Numbered from the stretch's first letter, positions 38,495-52,310 are shown. The stretch: 64,000 nucleotides of DNA from Mobula hypostoma (GCF_963921235.1 NC_086108.1:71488001-71552000), one strand, 5' to 3'. Translations and numbers: made by a program. Notes: a model not told the origin generated them from the sequence alone.

Positions 38495-39200
38495 TTGAAT
38501 TCAATCAAAGTACATTTATTATCAAAGGATTTCCAAATCATACTCCTTGAGATTTGTTTACTTTCGGGCAACCAGAAAGCAAGAAACCCAAAGAACCCAA
38601 TTAAAATAAAGAAAGACCGTAACCACTGTGCAGAGAAAGAGGAAAAAAAACACATCATGCAAACAATAGATGCAGACGACAGCATCCGAACCAGATTGAG
38701 TTATAGATCCACTCCCCGGAGAGCTGGAGTAGTAGGCCCAAGCCTCGATCTCAGCTCATCATTTTAGCAGAGTAAAAAATGCCATGACACTCGCAGAAAT
38801 GGCAGCCATTGGGGAGAGGAATGAACATCACGGGAGAGCAGGCGAAATCAGTGCGATCCTTGCCTCTGCACTAGCCCTTTTCAGTCTATCTGGGTCATTG
38901 TCTAAATTGTCCAAGCACCGAGTAGTGCCTCCCTCTAGCACCAGGCCCTGGTGTGGTGACACACCCGGACCGCACAGCCCAAAGCCGTTCTCAATCTCAC
39001 CAAATCGGCTCGGCACTTGGAGCGATTCACCCTTGCACCCGGGTTAGGAGGACGGGCATCGAAACTCTTCTGCATCGACTCCTTTCCAACAGCGACAGCG
39101 ATAATAACTCCATCTGTGGCTGTGTCTTGAACACGTTATTACATTCCAGCTTTAGGATGGCCCATCCTCCGAAGCAGCTTCACCTCTACTGACTTCTTCA
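38495..39200 (-). mobile_element. Non-coding element with a Rex1-type tail, related to 12855-13342
   Basis: About 200 bp of shared 3' segment followed by a CpG-rich body. Confidence 0.55.
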
Positions 39201-39398
39201 TTGTTTGCAGTGATAACTGGCCACAATTTACTTCAGAAGTTTAGTGATCCTGGAGGTCGAGTCAGCAGACATCGAGGAAACCAACAATTCCCAGGTTGGC
39301 AAGTCCCTGACTGGAGGTCTGTATAGGTGGGAGTCACAAAGGTCAGTGACCCCACCTTCCATGTCACTGGTATTGGAGGTATGTGTGAATCTTGAAGT

Positions 39399-39755
39399 TC
39401 AAACCTGTGACTGGTGTGTACAATGGTTGAGGCCTGAGTGTTAAACCCATGATCAATGAGTCCTGGAGCTGTTGTCCTGGTCAAACCTGTGACTGGCAAG
39501 TCCTATGGACGAGGCCTGAGGGTTAAACCCATGATCAGTGAGTCCTGGAGCCGCTGTCCTGGGGCCAAAAGGTCAAACCTGTGACTGGCGAGTCCTATGG
39601 ATGAGGCCTGAGGGTTAAACCCATGATCAGTGAGTCCTAGGGTTGAGGCTCGAAGGTCAGACCTATGACTGGCGAGTCCTATGGATGAAGCCTGAGGGTT
39701 AATCTCATGATCAATGAGTCCTGGGGTTGAGGGTCAAAGGTCAGACTGGTGATTG
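39399..39755. repeat. Minisatellite, about 4.2 copies of an 82-92 bp unit
   Basis: Units start tcaaacctgtgactgg or tcagacctatgactgg at 39399, 39481, 39573 and 39657. Each contains gaggcctgagggttaaacccatgatcagtgagtcct or a close variant. Confidence 0.92.
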
Positions 39756-40575
39756 AAGAGTTCATCTGCCATTCCTTTTTGTTCCCCCATTACTACCACT
39801 CCAGCATCATTTCAGTGGTTCGATATTCACTCTTGTCTCTCTTTTACTCTTCATATATCTGAAAAAGCTTTTGTATCAGCTTTTATTCTATTGGCTACCT
39901 TGCTTTCATATTTCATCTTTTCTCTCTTTATGGCTTATTTTAGTTGCCTTCTATAGCTTTTAAAAAGCTTCTCAATCCTCTACCTTCCCACTAATTTTTG
40001 CTAAATTATATGCCCTCTCTTTTGCTTTTATCTCACCAGCCACAGTTGCCTCATCTTTGGGATGTATCTTTCCTGCACCTTCCAAATTGCTCCCAGAGAC
40101 TCCAGACATTGTTGTTCTGCCATCATCCCTGCTAATGTCCCCTTCTAATCAACTTTGGCTAGCTCTTCTCTTGTGTCTCCGTAATTCCCTTTACTCCTTG
40201 ATAATACTAATACATCCGATTTTGGCCTCTCCTTCTCAAACCGCAGGGTGAATTCTACCATATTATGATCACTGTCTCCTAAGGGTTTCTTTATCTTAAG
40301 CTCCCGAATCAAATCTGGTTTATTACACAACACCCAATTCAGAATTGCTATTCCCCTAGTGGGCTCAACCACAAAATGCTCTAAAAAGTCATGTTGTAGG
40401 CATTTTACAAATTCCCTCCCTTGGGATCCAGCTGCAACCTGATTTTTCCCATCTACCTGCATATTGAAATCCCCCATGATGATCACAACATTGCCTTACA
40501 TACCTTCTCTATCTCTGTGTCCTGTTGTAATTTGTAGCCCACATCCTGGCTACATTTCAGAGGGCTGTATATAAT
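39756..40575 (-). mobile_element. CR1 ORF2 endonuclease fragment with deletions
   Basis: ORF 40145..40486 contains IIMGDFN..EPTRG..LGDSDHNMVEF. Confidence 0.9.
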
Positions 40576-40689
40576 TTTTAACACAAGTTGGTTAACACAA
40601 ACAGTGTAATTTACAGTATATTTGAATGTACATAAATAAATCTGAATCTGAATCTAAAACATCATATGGGAAGGAGATTCGTTCTCCTC

Positions 40690-40745
40690 AACGAAAACCA
40701 ATTTCCCCCAGGATTAATAAAGTATGACTATGACTATGACTATGA
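40690..40745 (+). mobile_element. Young Rex1 extreme 3' tail only
   Basis: aacgaaaaccaatttcccccaggattaataaagtatgactatgactatgactatga. Confidence 0.85.
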
Positions 40746-41064
40746 AGTTCTCATTTGTTTTTCTGTCCTGTGTCCTTGGTAGGATAGACCGAGCAGCAGC
40801 CCTATCTGTGGGACAGAGGGGAGGTAGCGACAAGGTTGCATGCTCTTGTGGGAGGGAAGAAAAATTAGCATCAGTTGGCACCAGATAGGTTCTCAGCCAA
40901 AAATAAACTACTTCAAAGAAAGATTGAATAATTAAATCCAAAACCATTCTTTCAGATATTGTGGGGAAAAAATAGGAAAGTGCACTGATTCAGGGCTATG
41001 GTACTGTGCATTAGGATAGATTTCATGAAGATTTACTTTATAACAAATTTGCTTTACCAGTTTT

Positions 41065-41240
41065 GTTGGCTAAAGATAGTTGAATAGTTTTTGATTGTTG
41101 TAATATGAGTTAATTAAGGTTTATGGGGAAAGGCAGGTAAGTGTGGCTGAATCCATGGCCGGACCAGCCATCATCTTACTGAATTGCAGAGCAGGCTCGG
41201 CAGGCCAAATGCCTGTTCTTGCTCCTATTTCGTATGCTTA
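41065..41240 (+). mobile_element. CR1 3' tail fragment
   Basis: ggtttatggggaaaggcagg..cagccatcatcttactgaattgcagagcaggctcg. Confidence 0.65.
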
Positions 41241-42689
41241 CTGTTGACGAGACATACGGCAGCTTGGCAAGAAGGTGGATGAAGCTGTGCAATTGATTGA
41301 TTTGTTAAATAATAGCTAGACTCTGGTACAGGAAGAGATTAGGGATGATACTTTGCAAAGATTAAAGTGTGTCACATTACTTCTTGGGGAGTGTAGTTAC
41401 TTTGTCTGTATAGTTAACTGAGGAGAAGATGATGATGGGTTCTAAATGCTTAATGCAGACAGTTGTTGCCTTTTGTAATCAATAATACACCAAATTCTGA
41501 CTGTAACCTTAGATTTATGGAACAAATATACATTCCAGCTTGTCATTTGAGTTGGTCCGTGAGGCAAGGAGCCATGATGTAACCAGTCAGGTATGTAGTG
41601 CTGTGGAGAGAATTGCTCGCATGACAATAACAACTGAATTATGGTGACTGCTTGAGCTATTACATTACCTAAGGTAAGCTGCCAGACAGAAAGGCATGCT
41701 CGGTACAGGGACACCAGCATGTGGATCAAGGATTTAGTTAGCAAAGCAAAACTCCCATGGATATCCCCTGCAGAAGCAAGAGCCTCCACCTGACACAATA
41801 TTAGCCTGCAGAGGCCTTACCTTCAGGCCTGAGGTGATCTCCCCTTCCTCTGCTGTTTTCATCCCTTTGCTTCACTCTCTACTCTTGCACCTACACTTCT
41901 TTCCAACATCTCTCCTCACAGTCTTTCACATCCCCTGTTCTTGTCTGTCAATCCTTACCACTCCTCCTTATCCCTCACCTTTATACAGCCCTGTGTTCTA
42001 CCCTCTGTCATGATCTGCTTCCTCTTCCTCCTCACTGGCTTGCGTTGCTGTGTTCCTCTTGCCTACAGCCATCTGTGGACAGAAAGTGTGACAGGACAAT
42101 GCAGCAACAACTTCCAATGCCTTGTTCTGGTGCTTGGACTCAGCCTAGCCTCTGATGCCTCCACCATATGCAGAGAATCTGGACTGCTCTTCTGTGGCTT
42201 GAAGCCCATTCTAGGGCAACCTTCTAACTTGCATGAGATGCTGGCCTGCTGTGCACTGTGCACACGGTGCCTACGTAGGATTCCAGAATGATAGTCACCT
42301 CTAGACCATTGTTTAGAGACGTTACAGACCTCTGTGGTAGGTATGGGAGCTGGTGACTGACATCAGCAAAGGCATATGTTGATCACTTTATCATGTAATG
42401 TGACCACGTTGCAACAAGTTGAAAAACACCTTAGTTCATTTCCTGAATGCTATATTTGTTAGGAAGTAGAGCCTTGCATGTCTTTCCTTTTCATTTGAAG
42501 CAGTGTGTGAAGGTAAACATATCTTGGTGTGGCTTTTTAATTAAATGTTCATCATTGAATTTCTAGCAGCTTTATCCACTGGACCTTTTGTTTTCTTAGT
42601 CGAATTGCAAGGTTTGATACATTCATAATGGAATTTGGTAGAATTACATTGATGCTGGGAAATTGTTTGAATGAGATTGTGAAAGATAA

Positions 42690-42995
42690 GATCTTTAAAA
42701 ATTAGCTTTATTTATCAAATGTATATTGGAACATACCGTGAAATGAGTCATTTGTGTCAAATCAAATCAGCAAGGATCGTGTTGGACATTTCTGGCACTG
42801 ACATTGCATGCCCACAGCTCACTAACCCCAACCACTTGTCTTCAGGATGTGGGAGAAATCTGGAGCACCTGGAGAAAATCTATACGGTCGCAGAGAGAAT
42901 ATACAACCTCCTTACAGATGGTGGGGGAATTGAACCCTGTTCTTACAGCTGTCATTGTAAAATGTTGTTCTAACCTGCGCACTACTGTGCCATCC
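42690..42995 (-). mobile_element. V-SINE (HE1-like), uninterrupted
   Basis: The minus strand has a tRNA head (gggttcaattccccc) and V-domain tgtaaggaggttgta..ccaggtgctccagatttctcccacatcc. Confidence 0.78.
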
Positions 42996-45559
42996 CACTG
43001 ATTATCCAAAAAAGTAGTACTCCAGTCAACATACTTGGGTTCTTCGTAAGGACGTGGTGATGCTATAAGTAAAATCTTCGTCAGTGAGTTGCAGCTGAAG
43101 TATTGGCAAAGAAATCTTTTACAGAGAGCATCTCAGTACTTGCTGTAATCGCTTGAAGCTCATTAATTATTAAGGACAGGCTGTTATGGAAGGACACCAT
43201 TTGTTTACAGTAATGAACTGAGGTGGTATCTTTGGAGCAAAGGAGAGCACATTCATATCCACTTGCCCATTGTAGGGAATGTTGTTCATCCTTGCTCAGC
43301 TCTAGATGTCAGGATAATTGAGTTATGTGCTTTAACTGGATCCTTTCGCGTTCATTATACAGAAACCATAATGGGTGAGAAACTGCAAGATTTTCACCTG
43401 CAGATGAATTCCTGAGACAAGCAGCAAGACATCCTCTCCCGGTAATGCTGATGCATTCAAATATCCATTGTGTTTCGTTAGGTTAGTTTATCCTGTTATA
43501 ATGGGACAGCCTGGGCAATCCCAGGTCTTATGCAATGCACTTTACTATTCAGATAATAATTGTAATATTGACTAAAATAATTTGAATGAACAAATGAAAG
43601 GTCTAAGAGAACTTGGAAACCTTCTTCTGCCCCCAATTTTAATGCCTATCAAGAAAAATTTTATTAACAGGTGTTACATGAATGTGGCTGGAGAGCCTCA
43701 CCAATGGTGGCTTCAAGATTTAATCAGGCATTTGCAACCTCTGACTCAAGAGAATGTGTTACAGGGATTGCATGTTAGACTGTAACCCTCATTCACATGA
43801 TTTGTTCTCTCTAGGTACCTGCTCCTTGAAGTATCAAACTTGAAAAAGATTACACAATAGCAAATAACTTGTAGAAGCACAATACTTGCAGCAGATGGAA
43901 GCTCTGCAAAAACTCAAATTCACAGAGCTATATTGGGAATCCTGATAGCCCTGATCTTCTAACCATATCCATTGCCTGGATTTGGCTCTTCCAGTAAATT
44001 ATATATCATTCATCCACACCATTCACAGTGTTACATACAGCAGTCCACTTCTTCTTGGGGATGAATTAGTTGTGTTCTTAAATATTGGTAGATGTACATA
44101 ATGGCTGGACAGGAATTGCAAATTTCTCCAATATCACAAGGACCAGCCACGATCCTGATTCTTCTTTGAAAACCTTTCTTGTTCAAGCAAACACACTTAG
44201 AGATGAGCGGGACAGTAGTGCAGCAGATGGCGAGGATGTTTCACTGCTTTCAATTCTCATTGCTGGTTCTGTTTGTGTAGAGGTTCCACATTCGGCCTGC
44301 GACCATGTTGATGATGTGCTGGTTGAGAAGTTAATTGGATACTATATATTACCTCCATTTCAATGAAGTGTTGAGAGAATCAGGGGGTGTTAATAAGCAT
44401 TTGTGAGAGAATAGAGTACAGGGAACTGGGTGGAAGAATGGGATTCATGGGATTGCTCTGAGAGCAGACATCGTCCCACCGAGCAGGTGGCATCCTTTTA
44501 TATTTTAAGGAAATATAGAAAATATATGCTACTACAACATAGAGTAGATCAAATCTATTTTAACCTCCTCATGGCACTGCATTTCTCCACAACCCCTTCC
44601 TTCACACACAAACACCAATTCCCAATTCTTTTGGTCCACTGTAGCAAGCATCAGCCAAAACATTCATCTGGATGTTCTCTTTACAGGAGGCAGCAGACAG
44701 AATCATTGAAATTTCTGTGTGGGAAACAGTCTGGTTGTGTCTCTTCTAGCCTAGAGCTACAGACTACACTTTAAAACATAGAATTATTTGGTTTTAATTA
44801 TCAATTAACTCATGTCTGCCCTCTGAATGTTTTTCTGCTGTTGGTTCTTATCAGTGACGGCACAAAACACAATTGCTCAGTTTTCTCAGGGAGCTAGCCG
44901 AAATTTGTTTCATTTTCAGTCAGAACAGCAATTCTCTTGCTTTTAGCTCACTTTCTATCCGCTAATCTCCAACCCCTCCCTAACCAGACCCTCCCTATGT
45001 TTTTCCGAGTCCAGGACCCAGTCATGGAGGCACATTGGTCAACAACCCAACACATCTGGTTTAGGAGCAGCCTGGAGAGTCTCTCTCCATGTGGGAGATG
45101 TCCAGTGAGCCAAATTCCTCTGTGAAAAAAAACACAGGAAATGTCCTGTTTCCTAACAGAATATTTTTCTCCCAAACGTTGTTGATTTACATTCAGTTTG
45201 TGAGGTTTCAAAAGCAGGACATCAATCACTGAGGAGAAACAGATATTGCCTCTTGCTTTCCATGAAAGGGGTTTTCAATAGTTTGCCTGATCCCATGAAG
45301 GCCAAGATAAACCAAGGCCACACTCCTCTTTACAGTTCCTTGACTTCAAAGCACACCCCAGCACTCAGTATTTTCAATCAGGCGATGAAACCATACAATT
45401 GAACGGAGATAATTTGTAATTTGACAAGAGGCAGGGATGTGATTCTCCCCACCCTCCACTCAACGTCCATTTCTTAACCAACTACAAAATAGATGATTGG
45501 ATCCAGCTGATTGCAACATTCTGCTTCTTTTGCTTTATTATAATTATTATTTCAGAAGA

Positions 45560-45930
45560 ATGGTAGCTTAATGGTTAAATTACTGTATTGGTGTCTTGGG
45601 GCCTACACTTTTCCTCTGGAGACATGGAGTCAAATTCCGCATGAGGTAGCTGGATAACTTAAATCAAGAAATTAAATAAATCTGGAATTAATAACCAAAG
45701 CTTGTATGAATAATGGTGAGCATGAAACTACTGGACTGTAATAAAAAAGACTGTTTCACTAATGTCTCTTCAGAGAAGGAATTCTGTAGCCCTTACTTGG
45801 TTTGGTCAATGTGTGACACCAAATCCTCAACAATGTGGCCAACTCTTAACCAGCCTTTGAAACAGCTTAACAAGCGACTTAGAAGAGGGGTAATTAACAG
45901 TGGGTAATAACTACAGCCTGGCTGGTGAAT
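45560..45930 (+). mobile_element. Old tRNA-derived SINE
   Basis: A box tggtagcttaatgg, B-box-like gagtcaaattcc and a LINE-like 3' part (aatgtggccaactcttaacc). Confidence 0.55.
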
Positions 45931-46224
45931 AAATTAAAATGTTGTGGGTGATATACTTCAAAAGAACTTAATTTCTGAAATTCTAGAATTCTAGCCCCTG
46001 CTTTTTCAGGCTTCATAAAAGGTTTTCACAAGAAACAAGTAATTTTTTGTTTCAGTTGTTTCCAACCTCCTGACTTCTGTGAGTGCTCAGGAGGGTGGTG
46101 ATGCCAGCATTACTCGAGTTGGACTACAACTAATCACCAAGCAGAAGAATGTGACGAGACCTACCTTTTCAATCAGGTCTGCGCTCAAGATTATAAGGGC
46201 AGTTTTTTGAGTTGGACTGTGACC

Positions 46225-49200
46225 AGTCATCGAGCGGGATTCATTAGAAAAGGTGAATAAAAATAATGCAAGTGCAAGCTGAGCGGCTATTCCTGGAGCG
46301 GGCTTTGTTGTGAGTGGGTCAGTATTTGAGTGGCTTTGGCTCATCTGGCTTGGGTGAGGTAAAGTATCTGTTAAGTTTCTCTTTTTGTTCTTAATTCTTC
46401 ATTCCTCATCTATTAGGGCCGAGTAGTCTAGTGAAAATTTGTATTGCGTATGAGACGTGGGAAGTCTGGGAGACCTCCAGTCTCCTGGATAACCACATCT
46501 GCATCAGGTACACCGAGCTGCCACTCCTCAGAGAACATATTCAGGAAATGGAGCTGCAACTCGGTGACCTTTGGCTGATACAGGTGACTGAGGAGGTGAT
46601 AGATAGGAGCTATAGGGTGGTAGTCACCCCTAGATTGCAGGAGACAGGTAACTGGGTGACTAGAAGGAAGGGAAATGCAGCCGGTGCAGAGTACTCCTGT
46701 GGCTGTTTCCTTCAATAATAAGTGTACCACTTTAGATACTGTTGACGGAGACAACCTACTGGTGAGAGCCGCAGTGACCAGGTCTCTGGGACTGAGTCTA
46801 GTGCTACGGCTCAGAAGAGAAGAGAGGTGAGAAGGACTTCAGTAGTGATATGAGATTCCATAGACAGAGGAACAGAGATGAGATTCTGTGGGCACAGTGG
46901 AGGCACCCAGATGGTATGTTGGCTCCCAGGTGCCAGCGTCAGGGATGTCTCGAATCCGGTCAATGACATTCTAAAGCAGGAGAGTGAACAGGCAGAAGTC
47001 TTGGTACATATTGGAACCAGTGACATAGGTAGAAAAGGTGAAGAGAGATTTTAGGGAGTTATGTAGGAAGCTGAAAACAGGATCTCCAGGGTGGTAATAT
47101 CTGGATTGCTGCCTGTGCCAATTGCCAGCAAGGGTAAGAGCAGGATGATCTGGCTGAGGAACTGCTGCAGGGGACAGGTGTTCAGTCATGGATCACTGGG
47201 ATCTCTTCTGGGAAAGGTAGGACCTGTACAAAAGGGACAGGTAGCACCTGGTTCAAGGGGGACCAAAATCCTTGCGGGCAGGGTTGCTGGAGTTGTTCAG
47301 GAGAGTTTAAAGTAATTTGGCAGGGGCTGTGATTTGGAGTGATAGTGCTGAGGATGGGGTAGTTGGTTTACAAACAGTGTGTAGTGAGACTGCTAGCAAG
47401 GAGAGGCTGATGACAGGGCAAAATTGCAGTCAACAGGGTGAGTTGCATTGTAAAAGGCAGACAAAATGAAAAGGGTGAATAGAGGACTGAAGGTGGTATA
47501 TTTGAATGTATGCAGTATATGGAATAAGGTAGATGAATTGAACAACAGTAACAGGTTGGCATGTATGACATCACCGAATCATGGCTGAAAGAAGATTATA
47601 ACTGGGAGCTTAACGTCCAAGCATACATATTGTATCGAAGGGACAGGCAGGTAGGCATGGTTCTGTTGGTAAAGTGAAAGCAAATCATTAGAAACAGTGT
47701 CAAAAGATGTTGAATCATTGTGGGTGAAGCTAAAGAACTGCAAGGGTAAAAAGACCCTGATGGGACTAATATACAGACCCCAAACAGTGGTAAGGATGTG
47801 GTCTACAAATTACAATGGGAGATAGGAAATACATGTTAAAATGGCAATGTTACAATCATCATGGGGAATTTCAATATGCAGGTAGAATGGGGAGAATGCC
47901 TATGAAATGGGCTTTTAGAGCAGCTCTTGGTTGAGTCTACTAGGGGAAATGCTATTCTGGACTGGGTGTTATGCAATGAACTGGATTTGATTAGAAAGAT
48001 TAAGGTAAAGGAACCCTTAGGGGAAAGTGATCATAATATGAAAGAATTCACCCTGAAATTTGAGGAGAGCTAAAGTCAGATGTATTAGTATTACAGTGGA
48101 GTAAAGGGAATTAGAGACATGAGAGAGGAGATGGCCTAAGTTGATTGGAAAAGAACACTGGCAGGGATAATGGCAAAGCAGCAATGGCTGGAATTTCTGG
48201 AAGCAATTTGAAAGGCGCAGGATATATACGTGCCAAAGACAAATAAATATTCTGAAGGCAAGACGACATAACTATGGCTAACAAGAGAAGTCAAAACCAA
48301 CATAGAAGCCAAAGAAAGGGCATATAATAAAACAAAAATTAGTAGGGGTTTAGAGGATTGGGAAGCTTACAAAAAGCAACAAAAGGGAACTAAAGAAGTC
48401 ATTAAGAAGGAAAATAGAAAGTAAGCTAGCCAATAATATTAAAGAGAAATTTCTTCAGATGCATAAAGAGTAAAAGAGAGGCGAGGGTGGATATCAGATT
48501 GTTGGAAAATGACACTGGAGAGGTAGTAATGGGGGTCAAGGAAATAGCGGATGAACCAAATCAGTCCTTTGCATCGTGGAAGATGCTAGCAGTATTGTGG
48601 AAGTTCAAGAGTGTCATGGGGCAGAAGAGTGTGAAGTTGAAATTACTAGAGAGAAGATTTTTGGGAAATGGAAAGGTCTGCAGGTAGCTAGGTCACTTGG
48701 ACCAGATGGTATAGACCCCAGGGTTCTGAAAGAGGTGGCTGACAAGATTATGGAGGCTTTAGTAATGATCTTTCAAGAATCAGATGGGATACAGTGTCAG
48801 GAAGTGTATGGCCATGCACTTTGCAGGAAGAAATAAAAGGGTAGACTATGTTTTAAATGGAGAGAAAATTCAAAAATCTGAGGCACAATAGGACTAGGGA
48901 GTCCTTGTGCAGGATTCCCTAATTGTTAATTTGCAGGTTGAATTGGTGGTGAGGAAGGCAAATGCATCATTTCAAAATGACAAGAATATAAAAGCAAGTT
49001 ATATTACTGAGGCTTTATAAAGCACTGGTAAGACCTGACTTGGAGTACTGTGAGCAGTCTTGGGCTCCGTATCTAAGAAAGGATTAAGCTAACATTGGAT
49101 AGGGTTCAAAGGAGGTTACAAAATTGCAAGGATTGAAAGGCTCATCATCTGAGGAGCATTTGATGGCTCTGGGCCTGTACTCACTGGAATGAGGGGTGAC

Positions 49201-49574
49201 CTCATTAAAACCAATCAAATATTGAAAGGCCTCGATATGGAGAGAATGTTTCCTATGGTGGAGGAGTCTAAGACAAGAGAACACAGCCTTAGAACAAGGG
49301 GCCTTCTTTTAGAATGGAGATGTGGAAGAATTTCTTTTGCCCGAGAGTGGTGAATCTGTGGGATTTGTTACCACAGACAGCTGTAGAGGCCAAGTCATTG
49401 AGTATATTTTATGCAGAGGTTGAAAGATTCTTCATTAGTCAGGGCATGAAGGGATATGGGGAGAAGGCAGGAGTCTGGGGCTGAGAGAGAAAGTGGATCA
49501 AGCATGATGAAATGGTGGAGCAGACATGATGGGCCAGATGGCTTAATTCTGCTCCGATATCTTATGGTCTTATG
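46225..49574 (+). mobile_element. Near full-length CR1 (5' UTR, esterase ORF1, ORF2) with the RT core deleted
   Basis: ORF1 remnants ..DSI.RG..LPGASVRDV..VLVHIGTSDIG are SGNH-like. The ORF2 endonuclease starts near 47480. The frame jumps from IFQES directly to post-RT sequence near 48785. (CTTATGGT)n tail. Confidence 0.92.
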
Positions 49575-50677
49575 AACATAGGCAGCATGTACTCCGAAAA
49601 GAGAAAAGAGAAAACTTCCAATTATTGGCTGCCTTGTTGCTGTTACAATGCCTCACTCTGATTGTATTACGTGAAAGCAATAATGTCACTTTTGTGGAGG
49701 TGGAAGGGGAGGCGGAGAGGGAAAGATCAACTGGAGGCAATGCTTTGACCTGAAACCATTGCTAATGCTGGGACAAGCTGAAACGTGGGCTTTCTCTGCT
49801 GGTGCAGGCCTAAGCTGGCACAAAGAATTTCCTGCCTGCATACTGTGCTACCTGCTGCTTTAATGTCATGCAGATGGATTCATGGAGTTCAAGCTGAGCA
49901 GTGCAGATTTCTGTAGACTGTGAGCAGCCTGATGCATCTGCGTTGGGTCAGAGCAGCTGCAACTACAGAAGCTCCAGTGAGATGAATGGAAGATATCAGC
50001 TGCCAGGAGAAATGCAAAATGTATTCAAACTCATTTAAATAGCTTAATTAGTTGACGAATAATAATCAATTATATAATTTATTCAATTACTTTTACATAA
50101 TTTTTAAGTAGTAATTTTTAATAGCATGTTCATGCTTGGTCAGATCAAAGATGTTCACAAAAAAATAATAATATGAAGTTGGCCAGATGGCCTGGTGCTG
50201 GGGCTCTGCCCACTGAGAAGGCTGCACGGTTGTGCTCTACTTGCCTGCTGGCTGAGCTTGGAGCCATGCTGGAAGGTGCAGTATGCTTGAGGGCAAGTGG
50301 CTGTTGGTTTCAGATCAATGGAAGCGCTAGCCCAATCTGTTTCTGGGCAGCTTTTGCAAAGTCTTGAGAACAGACTGTCAGAGAAATATCAGGATGAAGA
50401 AAATACACAGAAAACAAATGACATGTCTGATTTTGATAAGTAAACTGGTAGTTTTTCCTATAAAAGACATGATGGTGGATTGATCTCACTCACTCCTTGC
50501 CTTTCTCTGGAAACTCAGGACAGAAAAAATCCAAATCCCAGAGTGGAGATGAAGATGTGGTACCCACATACTAATTCAGTTGGAACATTTTCAAAAGGCG
50601 GGTAACCTGAGGGAACCATTAGTTGAGGAGGTCACATGCTGAAAAATTTGGATGACAATAAAAAACCAATTTGTGCC

Positions 50678-51000
50678 AAACAAGCGAAAATCTGCAGAAA
50701 TTCGAGCAACACACACAAAATTCTGGAGGAACTCAGCAGGCCAGGCAGCATCTCTGGAAAAAAGTACAGTCGACATTTCGGGCCAAAACCTTTTGGCAGG
50801 ACTGGAGAAAAAAAGATGAGGAATAAATTTGAAAGGTGGGGGGAGGCGGACGATAGGTGAAATGGAGGGGGAGGAATGAAGCAAAGAGCTGAAGAAGTTG
50901 ATAGGTGAAAGAGACAGAAGGCCATGGAGATTAAAAAAAGGGGGTTGGGGAGGGAGCACCAGAGGGAAACGATGGTGGGCATGGACATAACATGAGAGAG
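50678..51000 (-). mobile_element. Penelope pLTR fragment with a degenerate hammerhead at 50767-50804
   Basis: The minus strand reads CAGTC-CTGCCAA-AAGG ttttgg CCC-GAAAT-GTC-GACTG. It is similar to 13861-14190. Confidence 0.82.
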
Positions 51001-52089
51001 TGACAATCAAGAAGGAATGAATTCTAGCCTCTTTCAGAGTCTGTGAAAAGAACAAAGGTTCATCGCCTGCACTAAGAATGGGACAGCTGAAAGCCAACAA
51101 TCTCATTCGGTCTCATGCTGAGTTTACAAAATGAAAAAGCACAGAAGTCAAGGACACGGCTGACAACAAACAGGGCACAAGTAGAGACTGTGGCAGACAT
51201 GAAATGGAAACGCTCCATCCCAGCTTTGAAGGCTAAATGGCTGGCTGTTTCCCAGCAGTTCCCTCTCCAAATGCGTCATTGCTACAGCTGGACAGTCCAT
51301 GGGCTGACAGAAAATTGGACTTTGCTTCTAAAAGCTTCACTGAAGTAGCAAAGGTGCCAGGTGTGCAGCATCCCAAGCAACTCTGTAGTTGGAGCACTCA
51401 CCCGATTGAGACCTGCCGGATGTCAAAGCCCAATGTCAGACTGCTGACCCCCAGAAAATGTCAAAGACCTTAAAAGATATCGAAGAAGTGAGAAACCCCT
51501 CTTGACGGAATGAAGGTGAATGTCAAGATGTTCTTCATCCTCAATGGCGTTGTGAAAGTGAAAGTGATTCAGGTGGAAGCACGTCATACTTAAATAATGA
51601 TCTGGACCTATTAAGGGTCTCAATGTGCTCTGTATATAGTATATTGTGTATGCATTCCTCACATGGAATTCAATACTGATAATTCATACCCAGGTCTGTT
51701 AACGCACAGTCGACAACAGTACCAAAATAAAAAGCCCAGTGCATCTATTATCTTGACTGAAGGATACATGAGGACCTGTATATCAAAGAAAACCCTTGAA
51801 ATATTAATAGAATATAGAAAATATTGGAAAATCAACCAAAAATGTTAATTCTAATTTCTTCCCACATGTAGCTTGTTCTTTCCAGTATTTTCTATTTTCA
51901 TTTTAGTTTTTCAACATTTACAGTTTATTTCAATGTTCATCTCTTTGAACCGTTGTCGATGGAATCCACACCATTCCCCAGAAAGCAGCTTGTCACATTT
52001 AATTTGATATATTCTTTCACGTGTGCTAATATAGGCGAGGCACCGACTCCTGTTTTCAAGTACATGCGGACATGAATATCCCTTTATTT

Positions 52090-52310
52090 TATTAAAAATT
52101 GAACAGTCCAAAGTTCAGAATCAATTTATTATCAAAGTACATAATATGTCACATACTGTACCCTGAAATTTATTTTCTTATGAGCATTCAGAGCAAAACG
52201 AAGAAATACAATAAAATCAATGAAAAACTACACCCAAAGACGGACAAATAACCAATGTGCAAAAGAGGACAAATAATTAATAAACAAATAAATAAACAAA
52301 CAAAACAGGA
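52090..52310 (-). mobile_element. Rex1-type 3' tail fragment
   Basis: aagttcagaatcaatttattatcaaagtac..ccctgaaatttattttc. Confidence 0.65.

Noticed and set aside
39399..39755. CRISPR-like array
   Set aside because: The units are contiguous tandem copies without unique spacers, there are no cas genes, and the DNA is vertebrate.
44085..44366. 93-aa ORF as a host gene
   Set aside because: It has a non-ATG start, no recognisable motif and no convincing splice signals.
49620..50130. Possible conserved non-coding enhancer (TAAT-rich, repeat-free)
   Set aside because: Conservation cannot be judged without alignments, and AT-rich motifs are expected by chance.
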